Below, in pieces: positions 30,401 through 45,400 of a stretch of DNA of 64,000 nt. The DNA comes from Chiloscyllium plagiosum (Eukaryota). Position numbers and translations under genes: made by a program. The stretch spans positions 73,149,446 to 73,213,445 of the forward strand of contig NC_057719.1 of assembly GCF_004010195.1 (NCBI RefSeq), read 5' to 3'. The notes under the pieces were generated by a model. That model was not told where the DNA came from. It searched no databases and was given only the letters and a program-made list of their open reading frames with translations. Every line of letters begins with the position of its first letter. Position 1 is the stretch's first letter.

Positions 30401-33400
30401 AACCAACAGTTACTCTCAGACAACTCGCCAGAACGAAGGACCTGATACCCAGCATGAGCAAAACCAATGTCGTGTACAAATCCCATGCAAGGACTGCACA
30501 AAACACTACATAGGACAAACAGGAAGACAGCTAACGATCCGCATCCAAACTTTATTGCTGGAACAGCACAGCAGGTCAGGCAGCATCCAGGGAACAGGAG
30601 ATTCGACGTTTCGGGCACAGGCCCTTCTTCAGGAATGAGATACCGACCACTGCAACAGACAGCTGGAACTGACAACCGGAAGCGGCAGAGACAAACCACT
30701 ACAAATGCCGGAGGAACGATCACAGAAGCGCTTCACAAGAGGCTCCCAAGCACTGAGGGTGTCACTTAGACAGGGGACGAAACGTCTGTAACACAAATTC
30801 CCAGCTTGGCGAACAGAACCACAACAATTTACATACTGACTGAAGAACATGAAAAAGTAGGGAATCATTGCCCAAAGTGGGTTCATGGATGATGTATGGT
30901 CAACGGTATCATATGAAGGGATAATGATCACAATTGTGGGACTTACAGGCAAGACCATAGGAAAATATAAAACCTGCTAACTGTCCACAGGTATATTTTT
31001 CATTGACACAGAAGTTGAGGGTTATGAGGGCAAGACAGGAAAATGGAGTTCTGGCTATAGTCAGACCAGCTTAAGTGTTATAATCTCAGCAATAGCAAAG
31101 CAGGCCTGAGGACTAAACGGCCAACTCCTATTACTGTTGTTATTCATGAGGCTGATAATATCAAATTTCATGCAATGTAGACAGAGAGACGATGCAAACT
31201 TTGCATATTAAAATAAGCATGCTGTAATAACATTTTATTTCAAAATTGACTTAACCACAACACTTTCACTATTTATTGTGGTGCAAGTCTTTTAAACCTA
31301 GCAAACAACTGGCTTGTCATTTTTGTCATTTTGTTTGACTGCTTTTAATTAAGAATGATTGAGATTATGAGGCAATTACCTATCTGCTGAGGGTCACCAA
31401 AAGGCAATAGATTTAAAATGGAGAGGGGACCTTGGATATAAAATGGTGTAAAACTTCCCAATTTTACTTTGATTCAGTTCAGTAGTCACAGAGTTGTAAT
31501 AGCATAGGGGGAAGCTGAATGCCCCAGACTTTGCAGTCAGCACCACAACTTCCAAATCACTACATTTAACTGCCAACAAGTGCACCACGGTTTCACCATT
31601 ATTTTTAATACAATTTGGGCCAATGAACTGCCAAACTCTCAGAAAAGGTTTGCAACACAGATACTCAATTAAGTTTCAAGTTTAGTAGTTCAAGCCATGT
31701 CAAGAATTAAGAAATTATTTTATTGATTTTGAGTTCAAGTGTCGATTTTCCAAACTAATACATTTTACCATGGCTTCTGTGAAATCTACAAGTAAATCAG
31801 ATTTCGGGTTAACAAGCCTGGATATAATTCTTACAGGGCTCAATGGGGTGGATGCAGTAAAGATGATTCTCTTGGCTGGGATTTTAGAAGCAGAGGACAG
31901 AGTTTCAGACTAAGCACTAGACTATTAATAACTAAAGAAGGGAAGAAGAGTTTTTACATTCAGGATGTCGTGAAGCTTTGACATGTTCAAGTCAAAGTTC
32001 ACCTATGACCTATTCAATGGTAGAATAGGCTCAAGGGGTCTACTCCTATTTCAGATGTTCCTTACATTCTTATGTTTCAAGATGCAAGATTTAATGGAAA
32101 AAATACTGATTTCCATTTCAGATTATAGCAGTCAGAGTGTGAATATGTGATCTAAGTATGCCTTTCAAATAGATATATGACTGTTTTTTTTAAAAAAATA
32201 AGCCAAACTGAAGGTTGGACATACTGTGCAGATTCCCTGTTGTTTCTTGGTATATAATATATACTGCACAAAATTTACATTGAATGTTTTGGTTTTGAAC
32301 AGCATAACAATCCAACTCTCCTGTTGGTACTTTTGTACTATTCTTTGATTGCTATGATTGCTTACCTGTTAATGACATTATATGCCTCTTCTGTGCCTAT
32401 AATGCAGAGTGCATTCACTGCTGCATATGTCGGTGCAAGATGTGGCTCTTGGCCTGGTCCACCAGCAAATCCACCATTTGGACTCTGACATCGTGATAGG
32501 AATTGACAGATACTATTTAGAAAGGATGAAAAATGTAACTGTTAAATTGTTGTACAGCTTATGGTTTTTAATCTTTTGCAAGAGACCACATCAATAACTG
32601 ATCAACAGGAACAGTATCAGTTGAAAAAGGCAAGTATTCATGCATTTCCTATACAAATACCTGAGCATTGGCTGCCCTCAGTTCCCAAATATGGTGCCCA
32701 TTGTCTCAACACAAAACTTAAATTCAAAACTACACTTTGCAGACATCAACATGGTCAAGTGCCTTTACTTGGAATACAGTGCAACTTAAAATGGCCGTAT
32801 GTCAGTAGAAGCAATCCTGGCCCAATAATAAAGCATTAAACATCTGGAAAAATGTTTTGAGTATAAAAATTTAGGCTTTCATTTTACAGCAGCACATTTA
32901 GACTTTCATAAATAAACAAAGTAACCTGTTGGATTTTGCTGTCCATGTTGAAATGAACACTGTTTGCCACTGAATTTGAGCACCATTATGAAGCTCAGAC
33001 CATGAGCAGTCTCTGAAGACTGACTGGTGTACGTACTGCATACTGTTAAAGCACAAAACCAAAATTAGGAACTGGCAAGGTACTTTTGAGTTTAAGTTCA
33101 ACTGGACATCTCTATTCTGGGCAGGTACTGGAATGTGTTCTCAATCATATGGGACCTCTAACGAGATAGAACAGGATGCTACACTTATCTGCTGAATAAA
33201 TCATTGTTCAATCAACAATTCCTCTGTATCAACTGTAGAAGATAATATATATTAAGTTCTCTAAAATTGGTCTCATTAGTTCCCTCAAGTCAATATCTAC
33301 AAATACCAGAGCTGACTTTGCAAAATATTATTCTTTCCCTTTTGCTTCAACATAGAAGGGATATGAATTGCAATGCTCAGTCAAAGATACTTACGAAAAT

Positions 33401-36400
33401 ATTCGAACACAAATTTGGTTCATTCAAACAACAGATATGAAACAAAACCGAACTTTTCACATGGGCATTCACCAACTAAAAGGATCTTAAGCTTTATATA
33501 CATACTCTGATGCCATACAATCATCGATTGGTTCTCCTAGCAACTCCAAGCTATGCAAGATCCAGTAACAGAGCCAGGGCCGGCTGGCGTCCAAACACTG
33601 AAACCAAAACAAAAACATTATTTATAACCAAATTATAAAAGAAATAAAGCAGAGAAAGATCAAACGGATAGAAACATTAATCAAATTTACTTGAGCTGTA
33701 TTGCAGCTTTTGTCTGAAAACAACCTTTTAACTCAAGGATCACCACACCTTAGGCAAGGGGAGAGATTGAGGGGGAACATCCTTCCTGGTAACCTCAGCC
33801 AGTGCAGGAATTGAGCCGACACTGCACCATACACCAGCCATCCAGCCAACTGAGTTAATCAATCCCAGTTATTAAATAAAGTATGATCATTGAGAATATC
33901 TAAAAGCAAAGAGAATGCTTAGAAATCAACAAATAAATACTCTTTCCCAATCTAAAGTTAGTTTCTCAAATGGAATGAAACCATTTGCTGCAGGTTTTGA
34001 ATTGGAGCAACACGTCACTTGATATGGCACTTTGGGGTTTTCAGATAAACGTGAAATTAACACACTAGTCTGGGCTCAGGTATAGATGTTGCATTTTATT
34101 CAGAACTCTTCTCCGGCTCCCTCTAAAAACTTCCTCACTCCCCTGCTTGTGCTTCAGAAGACAGCTCAACTCTGAACGAGTTATCCTATTACATTCAAAC
34201 ATATGAATCAACCCCTTCTCCTGCCCAATTACACCCCCAACCCCTAGCAGCCTGCTTGATCATTCGATAAGATCATGACTGATCTAACCTCAAACCCACA
34301 TTTCTGCCTGCCCCAGTAAACGTTCAACCCCACTTAATGTGAAGAACAACAAGCCTTGGTTTGACAACACTTTTAAATTCAAGATAAGAGTGGTGCTGGA
34401 AAAGCACAGCAGGTCAAGCAGCATCCAAGGAGCAGGGGGGGTGGAGAGATAAATGGGAGGGAGGTGGGGCTGAAGGGAAGGTAGCTGAAAGTGCAATAGA
34501 TGGATGGAGGTGGGGGTGAAGGCGATAGGTCGGAGAGGAGGGTGGAGTGGACAGGTGGGAAGCAAGATAGACAGGTGGGACAGGTCATGAGGGCGGTGCT
34601 GAGCTACAACTGCAGTACCTACTTCTGGCTACCAGTTTTAAATTGCCGGTGTGATTGCTATTAGCTTTAAATGTTTTGTTTGCAACTCTAATTTGAGACT
34701 AAATTTCCAGCTAGTAAAGGAATCAAAAGGTATGGAATTAAATGAGAAGCCATGTTCAATCATGCCTTGAGATACTCAACTCCAATTCAATGTGTTCTCA
34801 CACACCCCATACACTACTAGTGAAGCACTACATGAGTAAATATCGCAGATATATCAGTGCTTACATATCATAATGTAGCAATTTAGTAGTAGCACTACCC
34901 ATGCAACTAGTAAACATGAGGTACTTTGAGATATTTCAAACTTGTTACTTTGACCTTCATCAGCTGTCACAAAACTGACCTTGCAAAGTGGTGTGAATTC
35001 CCATCTGTTAAGTCCATACTGATGCCATATGAAATGTTTTATGCTTCTGTTCCTTGTCAAAAGTGGCTTTTTCATCTCATTCCACATGCTCACCGAATAG
35101 CCTTAAGTTAGAAAATATAATTCCTGTTGCATGCACAGGGTTTGTTTTTTTAATTCACTCAACACGACGTGGCATTCTATGAATTAAAAATGGTGGCCAA
35201 CATAACTCAATCTCACCTCCAGCTCCTGGATCTGGTCCACAGACAGTGGAATAACCTTCTTAATTTGTGTTTGTTTTAAATTAAATGTGATGATTCCTTA
35301 ATGATTCACTTATTTGTATGAATGATATAACAGACCAGCTTTGACAACATCATGTATACAGGATTAAATGTTGCAAAGACAGATGGATAGAAAGCAGTAG
35401 ATATGGAAGCATAGAATTTCAAGGAGGTGTTGACAGATTTATTAAATGCTTGAAACCTTAACAAATGGCTTTATATGTACGCATGTACAAGATCATCCAC
35501 TTTTGATTCAAAGGTGATAAAACTAGATAATTTCCATATGAGGCAATGGAAACATTGGAGATCCAAAATGGCTTGGGAGTCCAGGTAGACAGACCATTAA
35601 TGTGTCATGGACAAGTACAGAAATTAATTTTTAAAAATTAATTTAATGTTGACCTTTATACCTGAAGAAATAAAAAAAATACATAGAGTCATAGAGACGT
35701 ACAGCATGGAAACAGACCCTTCGGTCCAACCCGTCCATGCCAACCAGGTATCTCAACTCAATCTAGTCCCACCTTCCAGCACCCGGCCCATATCCCTCCA
35801 AACGCTTCCTATTCATATACCCATCCAAATGCCTCTTAAATGTTGCAATTCCACCACTTCCTCTGGCAGCTCATTCCATACACGTACCACCCTCATAGGT
35901 CTCTTTTATATCTTTCCCCTCTCACCCTAAACCTATGCCCTCGAGTGCTGGACTTCCCCACCCCAGGGAAAAGACTTTGCCTATTTACCCTATCCATGCC
36001 CCTCATAATTTTGTAAACCTCTATACGGTCACCCCTCAACCTCCGACACTCCAGGGAAAACAGCTTCAGCCTGTTCAGGAGCTATGAACCTGCACTCCAA
36101 GGTCTCTTTGTTCAGCAACACTTCCTAGGACCTTACCATGAAGTACATAAGTCCTGCTAAGATTTGCTTTCCCAAAATGCAGCACCTCGCATTTATCTGA
36201 ATTAAACTCCATCTGCCACTTCTCAGCCCATTGGCCCATCTGGTCCAGATCCTGTTGTATTTTGAGGTAACCCTCTTCGCTGTCCACTACACCTCCAATT
36301 TTGGTGTCATCTGCAAACTTACTAACTGTACCTCTTATGCTCACATCCAAATCATTTATATAAATGACAAAAAGGAGAGGGCCCAGAACCGATCTTTGTG

Positions 36401-39400
36401 GCACTCCACTGGTCACAGGCCTCCAGTCTGAAAAACAACCCTCCACCACCACCCTCTGTCTTCTACCTTTAAGCCAGTTCTGTATCCAAATGGCTAGTTC
36501 TCCCTGTATTCTGTAAGTGGGAGGACAGGAAAAATTTCTGGCTGTAACAGCCGCTCCTTTTTTGAGGTGCTGGAGGTGATTTCCTCGAATTCCAGGAGCA
36601 GCAATTACTGTTTTATATGCTAGTGCATTGTTTTGGAACTTTGGAAAAATAAAGTCAAAACAACCGCAGTTTTAGAAGGGAGAAGAACAGACAAAGGAAG
36701 CACATGGTGAGGTCATTGTACGAGAGAGAGAACCTGCACAGTTACTGCCTTTGCTGTTTGAATTCATGTATCGCTGGACATCAGAGTGCATCTGGGAAAT
36801 TAACAATAAGTAGACAGAAATTACATTCCAGTTGTACAAAATCCTAGTCAGATATTGTGAGCAGTTCCAAGCTTCTCACCTCGTAGGAAGTGTGATGTAC
36901 CTGGAATTCGTTTATGAGGATAAATTGCATAAATTTGGTCAATAATCCCTGGAATTTAGAATGGTGACGTATGGCTTGATTGAACTCTTCAAGAAAACTG
37001 AATGTTTTAGTTCATTTGCTTATGGGATGCCAGCATTACTTGCAAGGTCATTACTTATTGCTAATTCTAAATGCCCTTGAGAAGGTACTGAACTATGCTC
37101 TTGAACTGCTCCAGTTCTTGTACTGTCATTAAGGAGGAAGTTATAGGATTTTAATGCAGCATTGGAAATGTATTTCAATGTCAGGATAGCAAGCAAATTC
37201 GAAGAACATGCTGATGGTGGCTACTGCCACCCTGGTGTTCCAGGTGGGACTTAGTGATTGCTTCACACATGGTAGCTGATGAAGGTCCAAGAGTTTGACC
37301 AACTATCCACAATTTTTCACACTTCAACATAAGACCAGAAAATTAATCAACTCCATAAAGATGGCCAAGTGAGAATAATAACAGGAGGAATACAGGATGT
37401 TGACACCACAGTATATAAATTGAGCATTTATCCTCTGGTTTGTTACCAGGGACAGATACAACATTATTAAAATCATACCAACATTATTATCAATACATTA
37501 AGTAGGACAAGCTTCGTGCAATCTGTTGAATTTCCAGAGATGCCTCTATGAGGTGACTACATTGAATCATAGAATGAAAGCGCAGAAAGCAGCTTGACCC
37601 ATTGTGTTTCCCCAACTCTGAACGAGCTATCCTATTACATACAAACATATGAATCAGGACCAGAAATGTCTTATTCAAGTCCCTCCTCCTCCTCCCCCTA
37701 GCAGCTCACTCACTCATTCAGTAAAATCATGGCTAATCTAACCCCAAATCTACATTTCTGCCTACCAGAGCGACCTTTCAACCCTCTTAATGTGAAGAAC
37801 AACAAACTTCAGCTACACACCGCTTTTAAATTGCCAGTATGATTACTATTAGCCTTTTTTTTTGCAATTCTAATTTGACACTAAATTTCCATCTAGTAAA
37901 GGAACCAAGAGATATGGAGGTAAATGATCAGTCATGTTTTTGTTGAATGGCACAGTAGGCTTGACAGGCTGAATGGTCTATTTCGTTCTGTTTTCCGTAT
38001 TCTCCCACTGACAACTCAGCAGGAGCAATTTTCTTTGCCTTCAGGGAAAGGCTTGCAAATGGCTGATGTCCCTGTCTAAACGCAGACATTTCTATCAATA
38101 ACCAGGCCAAAACTGAACATTATAATTGAAATAATCAATAGCTTGGAATCTGCAGTTGTAATGATGACCAAACTGCAAGCTTTCATGGTTATCATGGTGT
38201 AAAAATAATCGCAACATCTGGCATCTACACATCAGCAGTTAAACATAGAAAAAAGGAAACTACTACAGGTGACAAGACTGCTCCTCCATGGGAGGCAATA
38301 GTGAAACTTTCAGAGAAACAAGGAATCAGTAATTTGAAGTAAACTTTAAATTTTATATGCAATATTCTCCCTGCAAATTCCATTCAAAAATGTAAATCTT
38401 GTTGAATGAGGTATAAATAGTTCCTAATGCTATTCTAAAACATGGTAATTAAACACTTTTTTTGGCCGTAATAAACAAATTTTAGAAGTCTACAGTAGTG
38501 TATTCCTCCATTTAAAAAAATCCTTTTTTTAAAAAAACTGCAAAAGACATTTTTCTAAATTGATTAATATATTTCAGCTTTAAACCCGCTTGCACATTGT
38601 AGTGATTGTAACAAGGTCAGGCAGATGGACCTCACAGAATGAGTTCCCTGATTGGAGCTATTCATCTGGTCTAATCAGACAGCCCTGGCTGACAGATACA
38701 AACAGGAGCATCCCCCGTCCAATTCTATTTTAATTCAACCCCTATCCTCCCCTTCACTGTTTGATCACGCAGCACTGCCCTTTGATGTGAAAGGCACTGC
38801 TTGTCACTGGCCACTTGGGTGTTTCCTTTCTTCCTGGTGGTGGAAACTGAATAAAGATTCATGCACCTTGTGTCTTTCACTGTGTCTCACACCTGCACAC
38901 ACAACATGGGTGCTGGGGAAAAAAGCACTACCACAGTTAGGCGGTAGTGTGAGGGTAATAAGAAAAAAGAAAAGAAAAAAACAGGAGCATCAGAGATTAC
39001 ATTCATTCAGAGAGCTGGATCTGAGGAAGTCAGACCAGTGTCAAGTTTTCAGCACAAAGAAATAAAGGGTGACTTGGTGATGGGATACCAGCCTCTGTGG
39101 AGTTATTTCATACATCCCAATCTCATTTCTACGCCATAAAAGTGAATGATAATCAGTGCCTTTTAATTCTGAGTTTGTGGACTGAGAGAATTCTTCAATC
39201 GAATTTGGTGCATAGCTTACTTAAGGATTTAATTACCTCAAAACACCCAAGATCATTACAGATGGCAGATTAACAATAACCGCCTTCTTAATCTAAAATC
39301 AACACCAAACAGCCCAATAAATATCTTTCTTCCCTGCTGACCACAAAATCTAGACCAATAGGAATGCTGAGTGTCAATATTAATAAAACAATGCTCTCCA

Positions 39401-42400
39401 CTAATTCAAAATAAAATCTACAAGATAAACTTCATCCAAAATGGAAATACAACTGTGGAAACCTTCTAAACTTGAAATTTGTTTCCTTCAAATTCCAGGG
39501 AAAAGCAGATTTCACTACAAAGTCTCAGGGCATAAAATAAACTCAGATATCAGAGTTCTTAAGAAGCTCGGGTTATGAATGAAGTCATGGACTCGTTTGC
39601 TGAGCCAGTGTGTTTTTCTGAAAACGTTTCATCACCTTACTAGGTGACATCATCAGTGCGTCTTTGATAGGATGTTGGTGATCTGTTCCACCTGGTATTT
39701 ATATGATTCTGTTTGTTGGTACGCGTATCTGAATGGTTTGTATATGGGATCCAGTTCAATGTGGCTATTGATTGAATTCCAGTTGGAGTGCCAGACTTCA
39801 AGGAATTCTCTGGCGTGTCTGTTTTGCCTATGCTAGGATAGTTACATTGTCCCAGTTGAATTTGTGTCCTTTGCTGTGTGTGGTTAGAAATGAGAGAGTG
39901 CTGTTTGTATCTGACGGTGGCGAGCTGATGTTTGCGCGCTTATGACCATCTCTGTCTTATACGTACGACCCCTTATTATGAGACACAATGCAATTAATTG
40001 TGGCCATGATATTGATTCCTGTGGCACTTCATTGGTTACAGGTTGCCATCCTGAAAATGTCTCCCCTATCCCAACTGTCTTCTATTAGTTAGCCAATCCT
40101 CCATCTATGCAAAGACATTACCTCCAACAAAATGGGTTCTATAAATAGCCTATCCTGTGGCACCTTATCAAAATCCTTAAGAAAATCCAAATATATTAGA
40201 CATCTCCTTTATGCTATCTGCACTGTCCATTTCTGTATTCCTCCATTGACTCAACGGAATTAAATTGGAAGATAGTGGTAGCATGTTCTTCAAAGTCAGA
40301 AGAGACAAGATTCAGGATCTACACCAAACAGTGGCAAGTGGAGACCAGATTTCAATCCGATGTTTTTTTACATTGCTGAGCTACACAGGTGAAGGGCACT
40401 ACTTAATTAAGTACCAACAACACTTGCATGGGACCCCTGAGACACAGTGACAGTGTCTGTACCTCTGATTCAGGAAGACTAGGTTCAGGTCCCACCTGTT
40501 CAGAGGGGTGTGATAACATCTCTGAACAGGGCGATTGGAAAACATCTCCAAAATCACTGATAAATAAGGGAACACTGTGGGTGGCAGACAGACTCTAATG
40601 CCTCTATCTAATGGCTCTTTTTGTCAATAAACCGATTATCAAAAAAGGATTACTGTCCAGCTTCATTCTTCATCATCCAGCTTGAGACCCAATTAACACT
40701 GGAGCTCAGTCTCTGAATTGTGGATTAACTTTAAGTGGGATATTTATATCAGTCAGAGCAGGAAGTAGTTGTCCCACATATAGGAGCCCATAAAACCCTC
40801 TCAACCTATGGGACAAAAGAGTCATTTAATATAAAAAATATGGTTATGTTAATGAAACAATAATTTGTACTGTGTCACACTTTTAATAAGTATATCAATC
40901 CTTCCACTTTCTCACAGTATTCTCCAAGTGAAGAGCTTAAAGAATCAAAAATATCAGCTGGTCTTTGATAGGGACCTGTTAATTCAACACCTGTTAGTTT
41001 CGGTTATATTTTTTCATATTTCAATTTTATTCCAATCAGAACTGATGACCTTCTCAAAATACTAGACAGTATAAAAAGTAGCCATAAAGTGGCTTTCACG
41101 GGATATGGATGTCACTGGTTTGGTCCTCATTTACTGCCCATCCCTAACATAGTGAGCTCCCTTCCTGATGGTGCACACACAATGCTGTTAAGAAAAGGAG
41201 GCTCCAGGATTTTGGCCCAATGATGACGAAAGAATGGTAACGTAGTTCCAAGAAGGGGTGGTATATTGACTGCAGTGGAATTTGCCAGCAGATAATGTAC
41301 CTATGCATCTGCTATCCTTGCTCTTCCAGGTGGTAAATCATGTGGGTTTGGAACGTGCTGTCAAAATAAACTTAATGAATTGCTGCAATGTTGTACTTGG
41401 TGTACACAAGGCAAATTTGGCTAAGGCTGAATGACAAGTTTAATTGAAAATCATTTTACGCACACAAAAGAAAATCCATTTTAATAAGATATTAACACCT
41501 AAGTTTCAAATTTCCCATTGAACCTACACATTAAATTTTAAGGCACATGATCCTTGCCCATCCATTTTTCTTGCCTGCAGTCTTACCGAATACGACTCTG
41601 AGAGATGCCTCAGACCTTTCTTCAAGTATTGGAAATGTTTCTCTCTTTGAAGGACAGGTCTGGAAAAAAGTACATATGGTTAAATCAAGTAATGCAGATA
41701 TTTGATGGCAATGAATCAAAACTAGTTGCATAATTAATATTTTCATTTATGTATTTAAGCTGTATTAAATTATGGCAATGGAGAAAGACAGCTGAACCAA
41801 ATTAGCACTTTCTTGAATTCACACACAGTAAAATTAAACCAAAAGACTCCGAATAATTACTCCAATGGTTCCTAAGCAGACTTTTGAATAATCAATCTAA
41901 GACTTGGTGAATAATTAATTCCAGATACCAGTTGGTATCTCAAATAAAAAGACTTAACTATTATTAAATATATAATAACTTTAGCAATTACACAAAACAA
42001 GCTTTATAACTGAAGCATTTGTTTTCACCGCCCATTCACACAAAAGGCAAACAAACAAAGACAGTTAATGGATAAATAAAAGAAAATAACAAAACTGGCC
42101 AGATTACTTAAATGCCTTTCACAATGCATTAATTCACAGGCATAAATGTGGATCAGGGTCACCTTCATAATGCACCTAGGCAGACAACATTACTTCTAAC
42201 TCAGTTTTCTAATCTCTGTGCTTTTGAAAGCTGGTATAGCAGATTAAGCAGGGAGCTTTCAAATCTTCATGCTGTCGCAGCATCAGCTAAGAACACTCTT
42301 CCAAAAAACTAAAAGGAACATGGGACTGGGATATCATAGCAATTACAGAAACATGACTCAGGGATGGTCAGGACTGGCAGCTTAATGTTCCAGGATACAA

Positions 42401-45400
42401 ATGCTACAGGAAGGATAGGAAGGGAGGCAAAAGAAGAGGGGGAGTGGCATTTTTGATGAGGGACAGCATTACAGCTGAGGAAGGATATTCCCGGATATAT
42501 ATCCAGGGAAGTTATTTGGGTGGCACTGAGAAATAAGAAAGGGATGATCACCTTATTGGGATTGTATTATAGACCCCCTAATAGTCAGAGGGAAACTGAG
42601 AAACAAACTTGTAAGGAGATCTCAGCTATCTGTAAGAATAATAGGGTGGTTATGGTAGGGGATTTTAACTTTCCAAACATAGACTGAGACTGCCATAGTG
42701 TTAAGGGTTTATAGATAGAGAGGAATTTCTTAAGTGTGTACAAGACAATTTTCTGATTCAGTATGTGGGTGTACCTACTAGAGAAGCTGCAAAACTTGAC
42801 CTACTCTTGGGAAATAAAGCAGGGCAGGTGACTAAGGTGTCAGTGGGGGAGCACTTTGGGGCCAGCGACCATAATTCTATTAGATTTAAAATAATGATGG
42901 AAAAGGATAGACCAGATCTAAAAGTTTAAGTTCTAAATTGGAGAAAGGGCAATTTTGACGGTATTAGGCAAGAACTTTTGAAAGCTGATTGGGTGCAGAT
43001 GTTCGCAGGTAAAGGGACAGCTGGAAAATGGAAAGAATTCAGAAATGAGATAACGAGAATCATGAGAAAGTATATTCCTGTCAGGGTGAAAGGAAAGGCT
43101 GGTAGGTACAAGGAATGCTGGATGACTAAAGAAATTGAGGGTTTGGTTAAGAAAAAGAAAGAAGCATATGTAGATTACTTAGATTTTTAGATTACTTACA
43201 GTGTGGAAACAGGCTCTTCGCCCCAGCAAATCCACACCAACCCTCCGAACAGCACCCCACCCAGACCCATTCCCCTACATTTCCCCCTTCACCTAACACT
43301 ACGGGCAATTTAACTTGGTCAATTCACCTAACCTGCACATTTTTGGACTGTGGGAGGAAACTGGAGCACCCGGAGGAAACCCACGCAGACACAGGGAGAA
43401 TGTGCAATCTCCACACCGACAGTTGCCTGAGGCGGGAATTGAATCCGGGTTTGTAAGGTATAGACAGGCTAGATCGAATGAATCCTTAGAAGAGTATAAA
43501 GGAAGTAGGAGTATACTTAAGAGGGAAATCAGGAGAGCAAAAAGGGGACATGAGATAGCTTTGGCAAATAGAATTAAGGAGAATCCAAAGAGCTTTTACA
43601 TATACATTAAGGACAAAAGGGTAACTAGGGAGAGAATACAGGCCTCAAAGATCAGCAAGGCGGCCTTTGTGTGGAGCCGCTGAAAATGGAGAAGATACTA
43701 AATGAGTATTTTGCATCAGTATTTACTGTGGAAAAGGATATGGAAGATACGGACTGTAGGGAAATAGATGGTGACACCTTGCAAAATGTCCATATTACAG
43801 AGGAGGAAGTGCTGGGTGTCTAGAAATGCATAAAAGTGGATAAATCCCCAGGACCTGATCAGGTGTACTCTAGAACTCTGTAGGAAGCTAGAGAAGTGAT
43901 TGCTGGGCCTCTTGCTGAGATATCTGTATCATCAATAGTCACAAGTGAGGTACCGGAAGACTAGAGGTTGGCTAATGTGGTGCCACTGTTTAAGAAGGGT
44001 GGTAAGAACAAGCCAGGGAACTACAGACCAGTGAGCCTGATGTTGGTGGTGGGCAAGCTGTTGGAGGGAATCCTGAGGGACAGGATGTACATATATTTGG
44101 AAAGAGCTGAAAATGTGTTGCTGGAAAAGCGTAGCAGGTCAGGCAGCATCCAGGGAACAGGAGAAACGACGTTTCGGGCATAAGCCCTTCTTCAGCTTAT
44201 GCCCGAAACGTCGATTCTCCTGTTCCCTGGATGCTGCCTGACCTGCTGCGCTTTTCCAGCAACACATTTTCAGCTCTGATCTCCAGCATCTGCAGACCTC
44301 ACTTTCTCCTCATATATTTGGAAAGGCAAGGACTGATTAGGGATAGTCAACATGGCTTTGTGCTTGGGAAATTGTGTCTCACCAACTTGATTGAGCTTTT
44401 TTGAGGAAGTAACAAAGAAGATTGATGAGCGGCAGGTGTGATCTATGTGGACTTCAGTAAGGTGTTCAACAAAGCTCCCCATGGGAGACGGATTAGCAAG
44501 GTTAGATCTCACGGAATACAGGGAGAACTAGCCATTTGGATACAGAACTGGCTCAAAAGTAGAAAACAGAGGGTGGTGGTGGTGGGTTATTTTTCAGACT
44601 GGTGGCCTGTGACCAGTGGAGTGCCACAAGGCTGAGAAGTGGCAGATGGAGTTTAATTCAGATAAATGCGAGGTGCTGCATTTTGGGAAAGCAAATCTTA
44701 GCAGGATTTATACACTTAATGGTAAGGTCCTATGGAGTGTTGCTGAACAAAGAGACCTTGGAGTGCAGGTTCATAGCTCCTTGAAAGTGGAGTTGCAGAT
44801 AGATAGGATATTGAAGAAGGTGTTTGGTATGCTTTCCTTTATTGGTCAGATATTGAGTACAGGAGTTGGGAGGTCATGTTGCAGCTGCACAGGACATTGT
44901 TAGGCCACTGTTGGGATATTGCGTGCAATTCTGGTCTCCTTCCTATCGGAAAGATGTTGTGAAACTTGAAAGGGCTCAGAAAAGATTTACAAGGATATTG
45001 CCAGGGTTGGCGGATTTCAGCTATAGGGAAAAGCTGAACAGGTTTACTAAATTATGAGGGGCATGGATAAGATAAAAAGGCAAAGTCTTTTCCCTAGGGT
45101 CGGGGAGTCCGGAACTAGAGGGCAAATGTTTAGGGTGAGAGGAGAAAGATATAAAAGAGACCTAAGGAGCAAGTTTTTCACACAGAGGGTGGTACCTGTA
45201 TGGAATGAGCTGCCAGGGGAAGTGGTGGAGGCTGGTACAATTGCAACATTTAAGAGGCATTTGGATGGGTAGATGAATAGGAAGGGTTTGGAGGGATATG
45301 GGCCGGGTGCTGGCAGATGGGACTAGATTGGGTTGGGATATCGGGTCGGCATGGACAGGTTGGACCGAAGGGTCTGTTTCCATGCTGTACATCTCTATGA

